DNA from: Tubulanus polymorphus
Lineage: Eukaryota > Animalia > Nemertea
Direction: 5' to 3'
DNA: 64,000 nucleotides
NCBI RefSeq assembly: GCF_964204645.1
Contig: NC_134028.1
Location: 8,680,001 to 8,744,000 of the forward strand
Both the position numbers and the translations under genes were made by a program. The notes under the pieces were generated by a model. The model saw only the letters and a program-made list of their open reading frames with translations, made no database searches and was not told the origin of the DNA. Within the stretch, counting starts at the first letter, position 1, and each line of letters starts with the position of its first letter. This document shows, piece by piece, positions 1 to 13,600 of this stretch.

Positions 1-2199
1 ACATAAATCGAAAGAAGAGCGCGCGCGCATTAGCGATCGAATAAAATTAACGTCGCCGTTCGAGCTTTTTAAAAATGTGTCACGTTCATAAATTATTTAT
101 AGATATTTTCGGTATCATCCATTTAGATAAGAGTGCGGGCCATCTTCTTTATAAACGGATTGTCTGTCGAGTAGAAATTAGCGGCCGCGATTTTTCTGAA
201 TTTTATTCCGAGTGCGCTTAATCGACTGAGACGAGTCAGCTAACTGTCACGGCGGCTACGACGCCGATGACACTTGAACAAGTAACCGGTTACTGAGTTA
301 CGCGACGGGATGCGCCTAATGCAACGCGGCAGAAGAGATGTTCGTTAAATTTTATAAAGAACTTGTCAATATCTAATTTAATGCGTCGCGTTTACGATCA
401 GGTTTTTTTTCGAGTAGCATTTCTTCGCCGGTTCAATAGATTTAAATTCGCGCGGCGTCTTTTCTTCCATTTTGTTTTGCGCGCGACACCGCTAAATGCT
501 GTGTACGACGTAGTCGTTTGAATCGCGTTCGTAGCGTTTCCTTCCGGACGTTTTAAAAACGATCGCCCGAGCGAGCGCTCAGCCGAGGGGATGTTCACTT
601 GAAATTCGTAATGAATAGAAATGAAATAGATGATAAGAGGTTGACATATGTCATATTGAGAACGGAGACGATTGCCCGCGGCGCGCGTTGTGTAAGTGAG
701 TTTTGAGTACTACCCGTGTACGTGTAGTACTGTCATCTCTCGTCTTCTATTTCGAAACTCATGATGATTTATTCGTTTATTTCCCATCCCTCGACGATTC
801 TAGATTCGTCTCCGCGAACGGCCGTTGCCTTTTTCGACCGGCAAAAAAATTTTGCGGAGTGTTTTCGCAATGCGTTAAGTGTATATGAGATTTATTCATT
901 TATTTAGACATTTGTTATGTTAACGGATATTGTTCAGAAGCCTTTCGGAGCATCAGATTTTCAAAATCTTTCTGGCGGAGGGCCCCTTTAGTTCGAAACA
1001 AGTTGAAAATGAAGGCACCCACATATTCCCAGGGGCGGATCCAGCTTGTGAATTTGACTACCTACCGGTATATTACAATCCTAGGAATTATTGTTCATTA
1101 ATCTGCCAGCGCGAAGCTCTGTAAAGTTTAGAGTCCTCCCCGAGAGAAATTTGAAAAAAAGTGACTAATTTTCCTCGTATTCAAAGGCATTCTGGACCTG
1201 TTAGATTAGGTACGTCTAGAAAATATGTTTTTCAAATTTTTCTTACTATATACTGGAATACAGTGGAATATACTTGGATCTGGCCCTGGGTTACGCTATG
1301 GACCTGGGTTAGCGCCAGTGCTATTACGAACACTATGAAATATATATAAAGATACTTAATGTATTTCTGATATTATATGTTTCTGTAAAAGATAGGTAAA
1401 AAACAGCGGTAAAATTTGACTAATGCTGACTTAATTGTCACTGACACTGAGGCAGGGTGGAAACTGACCTAAAACACTCAGGGAATCAGAATAATCTCGG
1501 AAAACGCAGGGAATTTGACAAAATTTGAGAATGGCCGTCATGCGAACGTTTTGGTGTTGGCCAAATTTGGTTCGGGACAAAACTGTTCACACGGGTGTCT
1601 ACTGGACGCGTGCCTGTTTGCCCCGCATCAAATCGAAATCGCGTTGTTACAACGGTATTTATCGACCAGTTAAAACTGTGTAACCAACTTTTGAGCCAGC
1701 GACTGAATCGCTTCGAATGTAATCTTTGATGAAGTACTTGTTAAAACTGTAAAACTGAAAAAGTGCCTTACAACGACGATTGGTCCATTTCTTTTCTTTT
1801 GAATGACGTTTTCCCTCTTGATCCGCTCGAATCTAAAGTGTTTAACATTCATTTAGACGCGGAATCGAGTTTGCTACCGCCGTGAAGAGTCTGCTACGCC
1901 CGTTAATTAGGTCAATTGTTTATTGAGTTATGTTTCGATGTTAATGGATTTCTAATTGCTTATTTCCCTTCGTTAGAAACTGAAAACACTCGAGAATAAA
2001 TGGAGAAAGATCTTTCTTGACGCGAGCGGGTGGAGTAAATTAAAACTCCTCGCAGTTGTAGACCTCTCTCCCCTTGTGCGTATCCTCGCTCCGGCGACAG
2101 CGCTGGCTGCGGAAGTGAATTTCATTTTTCGAAAACCAAGTCGAGATATTTCTCCCCGAATTCATTTCAATATATTCAGATCTTAATGCCTCGACGAGG

Positions 2200-2200
<1 letters not shown>

Positions 2201-2268
<68 letters not shown>

Positions 2269-2323
2269 CATACATACATACATACATACATACATACATA
2301 CACACATACATGCACGCACGCAG

Positions 2324-2370
<47 letters not shown>

Positions 2371-2382
2371 CACACACACACA
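2201..2382. repeat. Compound microsatellite (TA)n-(TACA)n-(GCAC)n-(CA)n
   Basis: Directly visible; source of the spurious YIYI/CVCV ORFs. Confidence 0.97.
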
Positions 2383-2601
2383 TAAAAGTGATAGGGAAAA
2401 ATAAACCCGATAAATGGCTCATGTTTTAGGACATTTTTTCGTTTAATCCAACTTCTCGCCGAGGCCTTCACTTCTTAAAAGTAAGATGGTAGGGCACGCT
2501 CGTTCCTAGATTTTCGACGATGGCACTTTTATCGAGGATTCTTGTCGCCGTGACCGATATCTCTATTAGTTGATGATTTGCACACCCCTATTATTCCAGA
2601 G

Positions 2602-2913
2602 CATCCTCACTTGCCAAGTTTTGGTTGCCACACGCTGAGCTCACGCCAAAATTACACTGGCTACAATTTCTTGGGCGGACAGGTTGCCACTTAGTGGCCA
2701 CTAGTCTATATATCTAGCCAATCAGATGTGTTGTATTGATAGTGCAAATCTGCTGCTGAAAGACAATGCATCTGATTAGTCTAATACACAGACTGATCGG
2801 CAACCGGTCCAATTAATTTTGGGTGGTGTAATAAATTGATGAGAGGTTTGCGGCCAGGGTATTTGTTGGCGTGAGCTCGGTGGGCGGCAACCAAACCCTG
2901 GCAAGCGAGGATG
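2602..2913. mobile_element. MITE-like element with ~55-bp imperfect terminal inverted repeats (CATCCTC...GAGGATG)
   Basis: catcctcacttgccaagttttggttgccacacgctgagctcacgccaa pairs with ttggcgtgagctcggtgggcggcaaccaaaccctggcaagcgaggatg. Confidence 0.75.
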
Positions 2914-5609
2914 ATTCAAGAGTTGCTTACCATTCTGATTTTTCCATAAATGTTTCATAAAATCATAAAAATTTTTTGAACATTTTTAGAAAATTGTTGC
3001 GAAATTTAACGCTCAAGAGTGGCGCCGCACAGTTTCAGAGGTTATAAAAACGAAAATTCAAAAGCAAAATTGACTAGGCCTATGTTGTTTTTTCATCGCA
3101 ATATCTATGCAGCGAAATTGCATGAAACAATATCCGCGAGAAAGCTACTGCCAGGGGAATCTAGGTATTAGGTTCCAAACGGTGTTTGTTTTGTGTTGAT
3201 GAGAATGAATTCAATTTTAGTCTCTTTATGCGATAAGTAAATCGTGCGCAGATGTTATCGAAGTTTTTAGTTCAAGTGTCATGCAACCAAATTCACACCA
3301 TAGTTTCGTTTGGATTTTATTGCTCATTTCGAGGTCGAGTGCTTTTCACAGAATTCATCAGTTCTTTTGTTTCAATTGAAAAAACGGATTTAATCCGAAT
3401 AAGGGTAAATTGATTGACTTGATGAATTAATGAATTGATAGAATTCGAGCCTGAAGTGTTAATTGAATTTTAATCAGTCAATATGCGATGTCACAACGCA
3501 TTCTCATCCTGTTCAAAGCTTTGAAAAGCTTTCATTTTTTTTGTGTGTGAAATTTTAGAATTATCGCTGTTATGAAATTCGAGATACGGAAATGTCAAGA
3601 GGTTCTTAACAGGGAATAACGTAGAAAATTCTAAAGCTCCGAGCGGGTGGGTGACTGCGGGTCATTGGTCGCAGAGACCTGCGATCTGGCGGCTTTCGTA
3701 CAACCGGAAAATATTATTTCAATTTCGCGACATTATATTGTGACGCCCGTATATTTTATATTCTCCGAACGACATAATTATGTTGCTTTTTTGTCGACTC
3801 TTCGAAGAATCCGCGCTGCCTGATCGACATCAATTCGTAGAAGTGTTCTTCCTGGCGAATGTGTCGGTACCCGAAGAACCTTTACCATCGCAGTACAGGC
3901 TCAGGTATGAGGAATTTATAGATGGATGTGGATAGCCCTCTCAACCATAATACTCCGTGAGAAAGTATCACTTGACACTATTTTATGGAGTGAGAACACA
4001 ATGTCCACCTTTTCGAGTGGCTCTTACTCAAATATTCACCAACTTATCGCCGAATAAGGGAAATTTTTTTTCGAGCGCCGCCCACTTAAGGTAAAACCCG
4101 CGCGATCGGGACTTTCGTAGGCTTCCGAATTAGAAGGTAGTGGTCATATCGGGTGAATGTTTACTCACCTGAACTGGATGTTGGGTATCATTTATGTATG
4201 GGTGCCATATTGGTATTTTTGTGGACTATAGAACAGGCCTGTTTCTATTCTGATTGATTCGTATTTATTGGCAAACTTATGTTTTTATTCATTTGGAATG
4301 ACATGTGGAGTAACTTAGAAGAATGGACATCCAAAACTTTTGTAGAGATCTGGCACGTTTTCCAAATTTCAAAGGGCTGTTGATGATAATTCTGGCAGTG
4401 TTCTGTAGATTGTGTTCTTTTTTATATAGAACACCTTGAAAAAGGGCATTCAAAATTTTCAGGGTCTCCGGGTTTGAAAATAATCCAATACCTGAATCCT
4501 ATTCCGCAATTGTGAGTAAAAGATTTGACTCTCGAGTTGAACTAATTGAATTGAAAATGAACTTATTCATCTCATTAGGGCGGATCTAGGATTCTTCAAG
4601 GGGGTTGGGTCTGAAAATCGGAATGGGCACTTAATTTGAAAAGGCCAGATTTGGCAACGCGAGGGCTGCAAGCGCGAACATTCGTGGGGGTTCTGGTGGC
4701 CCTCCCATAGAAAATTCAGGACAGAAAGGGACTTCTCAGGCCCTTTCTTAGCAAGAAGAATTTCCACACTTTTTGGGAGGCACAGTCAAATTTTGTGACT
4801 CATTTGACTTTGTTTAAGCATTGTTTAGTATCGAGTTCAAGTGGTTTACGTGTGAACGCTCTCTCTAATTAGGCACGGGCTTGATCCGTGCCGTTTTGAC
4901 CCGGGCCAAATTGTCTCCGTGATCCTTGCAGCCGGGTCCTGTCGAGATGTCGTCGATTCGAAACATTACGCATGCGCGCGCGAATCAATTTGAAACGTTG
5001 TTCCGATAAAGGCGTTGAGAATCTAACAGAATTCTGTGACACGCGAGCGCGGAACTAAATGGCAGCCGAAACGCGTCGAGTGGCGTTCGCCGGTGTAAAT
5101 TAAAACACATTTACGTCAGAAAATTGAAACGTTTTCGAGTCGGATAAGAACGGCGATAAGATGACAGGTAATATGAGTAACGGTACTTGGAAACAGTAAC
5201 CAATATAACCGCTCTCCCGGTCTATTATCGATAAGATTTGCCGGCGTCGTGAACTCGACGTCTCGTCACCTTCACTTTTTCGCTAGCGCGCGTCGTACTT
5301 CACTCAGCGCTGTCGTCGTCGTGTGTCGAACTCGTGAAGTGGTTCGTTCGCGCCGTTCTCTAATCCTAGATTTACATACGTGAGCTAGTTGTTAATTCTA
5401 TTGTCTTTTCACCTCTACTCGCGCGCGTTGTAATTTTAAACCATCGGCCGGTTTTAATATTTTAATGAATAATTGATGTCGATGATGACGATATTGACGG
5501 CACATCGCGCGATCCGGCTTCTTTTGTATTTTTTTTTTGCGTAGTTTGATTAAATCTTTATTTCTTGCCGGGCGTAACTAAAGCCGCTATCAACGAAATT
5601 TGGCGCGGG

Positions 5610-5885
5610 GCAACTGTTCACACGGGTGCCTAACGGGTCCGTTTGGCCCGACCAAAAATGTTGGACCAGGCCCCAGCCAAATTTTAGCGTTCGATTAAAT
5701 GATTGCGTTTGAATTGCAACTGGTTCCGGAAATGACTCACTTCGTGTTGTTTTTAAGCATTGTTTAGTATAGAGTGAATGGTTTAGGTGTGAGCGCGCTC
5801 TCTGATTAGGCCCGGGCCAAGTTTGTCTTGAGTCTGATCCGTCCCAATTTGGCCCAGCCCAAATCGTTTCCGTGTGGTCGCTGCT
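5610..5885 (+). mobile_element. Dispersed non-coding repeat family (other copies ~1545-1625, 4795-4935, 24345-24620, 27710-27920)
   Basis: Shared core aatgactcacttcg...tttagtatcgagtgagtggttt..gtgtgaacgcgctctctaattaggc..gggccaaatttgactcg. Confidence 0.75.
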
Positions 5886-7692
5886 TTAGTTCCGCAGTTC
5901 TTGCGAGTTTTTAATTTCGATAATGATATCGATGACGATGATTTATTTTCTCGATATATGGCGCAATATTTACACGGCGATCTCCGTTTCAGGGGTAGCG
6001 AAACAAACCCCCTAAAACTTTCGACCTATATTTTAGCCCTAGTGTCTTTCAGAAAGTCGGTGTAAAGAAATATTCCGGTCAAGATTTAATCGAATTTGGA
6101 TAGAATTTTTACGTTTTTTTTTTTTTGGAAATGAAAAGTAGTCTATTCTCAAATGATTTATTCAGGCACTCGTATTTGTTCTTTGTATTTGATCTGTTCT
6201 TCTTCGATCTGAAAGTGCCCTTTTTCATGTTGAAAAGTGCCCTTTTTCTTGAAAGAGAACTGCCCCTTAAGAAAGCTTGGCACGGGCCGGAGCAGTATCA
6301 TTGAGCATTGCCATTTGAACACTATCAAAAGATGTTTGTACTCTGGTCGGACAGAAATTGGATGCCTGAACTGAACTGGAGTAATGTGATTGGATTTTGT
6401 TTTTTCGATATAAACTTGAATTTTATTCCTACAACAATGGGCAAACCAGGTCCTGGTGAAATGCTATGTCGTGAGTGAAAATACTGATACCGCGGCGTCT
6501 ATTATCAGCTTATTTATTTAGGTTCAGCGCTCGTTAAAAATCACATTCCTGCCAAAATTATGCTACTATGTATAGAAAATGAGCCTTCAGTCGATTATGC
6601 AGCCGTTGTAGGAAAAACTAGGATTCGATTGATATATACGCTACACGTATCGGGAGGTCTATTAATCGGATGAAATGTTGTTTCTTTTAACGGATCGCTT
6701 ACCGATTTATCGGATAAGCATTTATTTGGCGGGGAAGTGGTGGATAAGCTAGAATTGTATGTTAAGTTCATTTATTATACTTCAAACTTCATTAACCCAT
6801 TAGCACTCAGGAATTTCATTATGTAGTGTCTATTACTCTTCAGGAAATTCAATAGAAACATTTATCATGATGCAAAATTGCTTATTTCTGGTGGATTTTC
6901 ATGTATTACAATTATTTTGTTGTAAACACACTGGACTTTCATATGATGAAATATTTCATGAGGTGGGCCACCAAAATCGTGACCTGCCATCTGAAATTCA
7001 TCCAGACCTAACTTATAAGTGAGCTCATGAGATGTTGATTATTTTTCTGATGTCTAGTTTATCATAAGCTATTGGGTTCGAATCTCACTGTAACTGTTTT
7101 TGCCAAGCAGACGGAAACGAGTCAGGGCGGATTCGGGCGGTTCGAGGAGTATTAGGCAGGGCTTAATGGGTTGATGTACAATTTTTCCTGCTGATTACTT
7201 GAATCAACCAGGACTGGTGAATTTTGTTCGAGTTAGATATTCAAAATACAATGGGGAACCTCCTGTGGCAATCGAGGACTCCACTGATGACAAGGATCCA
7301 ACGGGTTCGCTTGTAGTTACTTGGTCTTCTGCGCTCAAAATCTTCTACATTTCAATTAATTCTGAACAATTATTTTCTTACATAGATAGATCGATTATTA
7401 AAGAAAACTATTTAAACTAATAAATTAATACAATATCTGAGTTGAAAATATAATTTAATGTATATTTGGTGGGTTCTGTGATAATATCCAGATTCGGGAG
7501 TCTAAAATTTCAGTTCAAAGTTCATCATTGAAAATGGACTGATTTTGACGAGTGCTCATCACGCCATCTGGTGGGATTGCTGGTGTTGCGATTCCTCATT
7601 AATATTCTATTGCAACGGTTTTCAGATTCCTAAATGCGGAAGAATTCGAGTGCCGTATTTACTCAATGAAATGCTGTTTTCATATTTTACAG

Positions 7693-10600
7693 AATTAGCT
7701 CTGATCAGTCTACACTGGTTTCTGACGGCGTTCGCCAGCGTCGTACACATGAAAGTATTACTACGACTATGGGATTTATTCTTTTACGAAGGATCTCGAG
7801 TTCTCTTCCAGATCACGTTGGGAATGTTGAAAATGAAGGTACGTGCGTTCGGGGCTTAACCGTCGCCTCCTGCAAGTTCTCAGAATACAATTTAAATGTA
7901 AATCGGTTTCATGCATTCGTTTAGGAACCTGAACTGATAAAACTGAAAGATAATTCGGCGCAGATATTTAACGCGTTATCTGATGTGCCTGGAGATGTGC
8001 AAGATGTAGATGAGCTTTGCGAGGTAAGAAGTTATAACTTTATCTACCGGATATTCACTGCTTTCTAGTTAAACAGCGGTTAGGTTAGAAATTTTCCATT
8101 TATGATCAGGTACTCGTGCTCGTCTTATGGTCAGTTTATCAGTTAACACCCTCTGTAATCTAATGACATGCTAGTCTATTAAGCAGGGTCACTCATCTAG
8201 CTAATCAGATAGCAGCGGGTCACGCTTCTGCAATCTAATGGCCAGCCAGTCAATAAGCAGCATCACCCCTCTGCCATCTAATGGCCAGCTAGTCAGTTAT
8301 CAGGGCCACCCCTCTGCCATCTAATGGCCAGCCAGTCAGTAAGCTGCATCACTCCTCTGCCATCTAATGGTTAGTTAGTCAGTTATCAGGGCTACCCCTC
8401 TGCCATCTAATGGCCAGCCTGTCAGTAAGCAGCATCACTCCTCTGCCATCTAATGGTTAGCTAATCAGTTATCAGGGCCACCCCTCTGCCATCTAATGGC
8501 CAGCCAGTCATGAAGCTGCATCACTCCTCTGCCATCTAATGGCCAGCTAGTTAGTAAGCAACATCACTCCTCAGCCATCTAATGGCCAGTCAGTCAGTTA
8601 TCAGCATCACCCATCTGCCTTCTAATGGCCAGCTAGTCAGTTAACAGGGCTACCCCCTGCCATCAAATGGCCAGCCAGTCAGTGAGCAGCATCATTCCTC
8701 TGCCATCTAATGGCCAGCTAGTTAGTAAGCAACATCACTCCTCTGCCATCTAATGGCCAGTCAATCAGTTATCAGCATCACCCATCTGCCTTCTATAATG
8801 GCCAGCCAGTCAGTAAGCCGAATCACTCCTCTGTCATCTAATGGCTAGCTAGTCAGTTAGCAGGGTCAGCCCTCAGCCATCTAGTAGCCTTCGAGTAGCA
8901 CACAACAAGACTTCTTTATGTTTCTCGTCAACTGAAGAACTGACGAATTGATCGCCAATGAACGTAATAATGAGTGAATCCTTTTTCAGGTATCGTTTAA
9001 AGTTGCGTCTGGTTTAACCGATGCTATCGTGGATACAAATAGAAGGAAACACTTAGCATATTTGATGGCCGATGAAGGTGCAATTGTCAATCCAGAATCT
9101 GTGAAGAATTTACCCAAACAGGTAATTTATAGTACTCATTCACTGAATATTTTGGCTTCCAAACCTTTTAACCCTTTGCTGACTAATTTATACCCGTAAG
9201 TACTGGAGATAATTAGAAGATTCAAAAAGATTTCACCCCATTGGGTTGAATAACGGGCACATCACTTTAGTGCATATACATTGCAGGGTAGTGTATCATT
9301 AGTTATTTCACTATGTTTGAAAGATGCTGTCATCTTTCAATAGAGGTAAAAACTAATTACATCAATATACCCCGATGCGGTGAACTAGCAAAGTACATCA
9401 CCGATTTATACTCTGCACCGCGGTGTAGATGCACTAAAAGGGTTGACATTGTTTCACAAATCGTTGCATCGAATAGTAAAAATCTCGATGCCAATTTCGA
9501 AAATGAATTACCGACCATGTCGTTTGCTAATTACAGCAATTGACGAAACGACAAATTCAGCGGTCGCGATCGTTGATATCGATGTTGCTGTGGGGCGATT
9601 CGGTGTCCGAGGAAGATTCGGCGAAAAGTAAAAACATCAAGCAGACCGAGTTACTGGTGGATATGAGAGAGGCTATTTTACAAGTTGCACGGCACTTTCA
9701 ATCGATCGACCCTAAAAACAGTAAATTGCCCGGTGGAATGTCCGTGGTACGTATGTTAGGCCGATTATACTTCTTCTATTAATCTTTAAAAAAGATATGC
9801 TAGTATATTTTGTTTCTGAAAAAGGCAGAAAAATCGCGCAGTTCGTCCTGTATGGTTTTCTAGTGAAATTTCAGAGCTGCCATCAACTGTTCCTGATTCT
9901 CGGCATTTGTTACTATTGTATAACGAGAAATACTGATTTTGTTTGTTTGACGCATACAGAAATATGAAAGATGTTACGGAGGAAATGTGAAAGATGTTAC
10001 CGAGGGTCTTATTGTTGATTACTGAGCATTTTCTTTCATATTTCTAAGAAATGTTGCTGAAAAAAGATTCAATTTGTTACTTTTCGTTCAGAGGTTGGCA
10101 GCCCTGAAATTTCGCTGAGGAGTCATCAGCGATTTTAAGACCTACACTTTATTCAAATTGGCACTATGTCCCAGGCTTAAGGTTAACCTATACCAGTAGT
10201 TAACAGTTGATCTAGTATCCAGCGTGAAACATAAACTTCTTAGATCATCAAGGCTTAGATTAAAATCTCTGGACTCAAGCTGTGAGTTTGCGAGGTTATT
10301 TTTTTAATTGATATTTTTGTTCAGCTCCCAAATGTTTATTATTGCTCTGTAAACCCATAGTCACACAGACGCCCTCTATCAGAGATGATGAACACCGACA
10401 GGCTTTTTAGGAAATTAGGGAATAAAATGTTTTGGGCGATCTAGGATTCTTTGAAGGGGTGGACCTAAAAATTTGAACGGGTACTTAATTTGTAAGTGCC
10501 CATCTCTCGAATTTGGCAATGCAAACGTATCGCGAATGAATATTTAATATTCTATATAGAATCTGCAGGCGGATTACAGTATGGACAGTCACGCGAAAGA

Positions 10601-13600
10601 TGTCGAGAACTACGTGAACGTCGCTCGGAATCGGCGCCGCCGAGCGAAAGCGTTACTCGATTTCGAGAGGCATGACGACGACGAACTAGGATTCCGAAAA
10701 AATGATATCATCACCGTAAGTTCTAAGATACCCTGTGCGCTCGGGCGCCATCATTAAAATTCCGTAAATGTTTCGGGCGTATCTTTACATCCGATGAGTT
10801 CTTCTCATAGGGTTTTCAACAACACTTTATTACTCTTCAGTGGCGTTGGGGGTGCAGCATCTAAAGCCACAGCAATTATTTGCTGAATAACGTTCTTTTT
10901 CTTTCCTTACTATATTTTTGACAAAATTTAAGTAAATTCGCGGCAGCAATATTAGAACCTGTCAAAAATTGGCAATTGGCCTCGGCAATCAAAAATTGCT
11001 TCCAACGCGTCTTCTCTTTCCCCTCGTAATTTCTATGTCAGCTACGGAATCTCGTCAATTCCCTTCACGAAAAGTAAATTCATTCATTCACATATTCGTT
11101 ATGATTTATATTGCAGATAATATCGCAGAAAGATGAACACTGTTGGGTCGGTGAACTGAATGGGTTGAGAGGTTGGTTTCCGGCTAAATTCGTTGAATTA
11201 CTCGATGAAAGGAGTAAGAATTACTCGCGAGAAGGCGACGACTCGGTTACGGAAACGATAACCGATCTCGTTCGTGGAATGTAAGTCTAAAAACATCTGC
11301 CGACATCGACGCTGAGACGATGATTTTTCTTAAGGAAACATAGAATTGAAAAATATGTATTATTGGTAGTCCGCTATGGAGGGGGGAAGGGGCGCTACTT
11401 AAGAAAAACGGTAATTTCTCTCAAGGAAGCATAGAATTGAAAATATGCATTAGTCCGCTATGTGCGGGGGGCCTATTTACGAAAAAACGGTAATTTTTAA
11501 AGTAAACATAGAATAGAAAAATATGTTTTAGTCCTCTATGGGGGCCTATTTACAAAAACCTAAAAAACTGAATAATTATTATTCGTGGGGCTCAGGAAGA
11601 GCTTGGTCCCATTCTACAGTCTACAGTTTCGAACCAATTTTCTCAGAACTTGGTAAAAATAACCATGATCTTCTTTTAGATTTTGATATGAGGGGTTAAT
11701 CGAGGATGTGCCCTGTTGTTTTTAACTTACGTAGGTCATTCAAGCCATATATGCCCTTGAAATAGGATGCGTTATTCTAAAAATGTACCGAGCAATATGT
11801 CACAGGATTTTATGACAAATTCTCCGCAGTATTTTTCAAATAACGTAACATAACGTTATTCTCAATTTTTCTGTTGCTTATATCCGTCTTTTTCAATATC
11901 ATCTGGTTTGTTCTAACTCATGAAGCCCATTTGCTGAAAAAACCGTGGCATCATAACCTGAATGACGAAATTTTGCTTGTCACTTCCTTGCCATAAGGAA
12001 GCTTTTGTAATTTAAGTGAAACGACTTTAACCAGGCCTTATCTCTCACAAATAATGCCTTCAGCCTTCGTTCGTTATGAGTTGTTTATTTTCCATTTCAG
12101 ATTATGCCCAAGTTTAAAAGCTATTTTTGAACATGGATTGAAGAGATCGGGAGTACTTGGTGGTCCAGCACATCCATGGTTGTTCGTTGAAGAGGTAAAT
12201 CATTTTAGAACTGGTCACAATTTTGGTGGCGCTCCTCATCAAATCTTGTATCATATGAAAACCTTGACTGTTTACTACAAAATTACACAAACTTTTACCA
12301 CATTGAAATCAACTGGAAATGAGCTATTTTGTATCATAATAAACTTGTATTTTTCCTTGAATTTTCTGAGTACCGACGGTAATAGACGCTACATAGTGAA
12401 ATTCCTGAGAGCTAATGGGTTAAAGTTAAACCTGGCGCATAAACACTGGGATAACATTAATGTACAGTTGATTGTCACTGTATCCGCGATCCGATTTTCG
12501 AGCGAATGTCCCAGTCATATTTCAACAAATTTGTTCGTTTTCATTCGTTGTCGTTGTTCCGCGTCCGATTTTCCGCGTTATTTTTCAGGCTGCGACGAAA
12601 GAGGTCGAAAAAGATTTCAACTCGGTTTATTCAAGATTGGTGTTGTGTAAAACTTTCAGGTTCGTTCAGTATACTTCGTATATACTCCGGTCATATCGTA
12701 TGTCGTCGTATTGCGCTTTTGTGCCCATCATATCATATATCATATATCCTTTATTTCGTGACTAATTTATAATGATAATAAAAATAATAATTTATTTGTC
12801 TATATAGTGTGCTATACTATAAGGGGATATAGCGCTTAACAATATTAATGCATGGAATCACAGATTTATTAAAATGCCACTGGAATACAAGAATATAGAA
12901 ACATATAGAAAGTTGTAAGAGTCATTATACGATGGTAAAAGCCTTCCTAAAGAGATATGTTTTGAGATTTCGTTTAAAAGTGTCAACAGATAGGGATTCC
13001 CGAATACTGGACGGTAAAACATTCCATAGTGCTGGTACTCTTAGAAACTCTACTGCCAAATGACCTTTTGGAGACATGTTCGACTAGACGTGTGTTATCG
13101 TGACTTGAGAACGTGTGAGTCCTTGTTGGAACATTGATTGTTAAAAGCAATGTCAGATATTCAGGTGTAAGATCGTTTAGGCGCTTAAGAACTGGGAGTA
13201 AAAGCTGTATTCGAAACTGAAACTCAATAAAAATAGGAGTAATATAAGGAGCAATATATAATGAATTACAATAATGACCATTATGATAAGGACATTATGA
13301 TCTTTTTTATATAGGCCTACTGAACTTAACTGACAGCAGGGTAGCCTGGAATAAAGCATAGCTTGTGAACGTAGGCACCTAGCAAGTAGAAAAAAACGTA
13401 AAACGCAAACGTTCGCACGCGATTACACAATTGAAGCACGCTGCTGGCTACATAGTTTAAAAGATTTATACGATATATTGAAGGCGTATATAAATGAGAA
13501 CGTATGTACGATGAATTTGTTTTACGTACCGGGTACGTATCGAAATACCGGGGTGCGTCGAAAATTCAGTAGCAGCCCTTGACAGGGTGAAAAAAATGCG

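Noticed and set aside
2040-2471. ORFs of YIYI/CVCV/THAR type here and at 27231-27422 and 32218-32740
   Set aside because: Translations of stop-free microsatellites.
8150-8885. Regular repeat array as a CRISPR candidate (also 48684-48906)
   Set aside because: No unique spacers, eukaryotic context, no cas genes.
12054-12772. 198-aa and overlapping ORFs
   Set aside because: Only 12101-12194 and 12589-12659 are SGSM3 exons; the rest is intron read-through.
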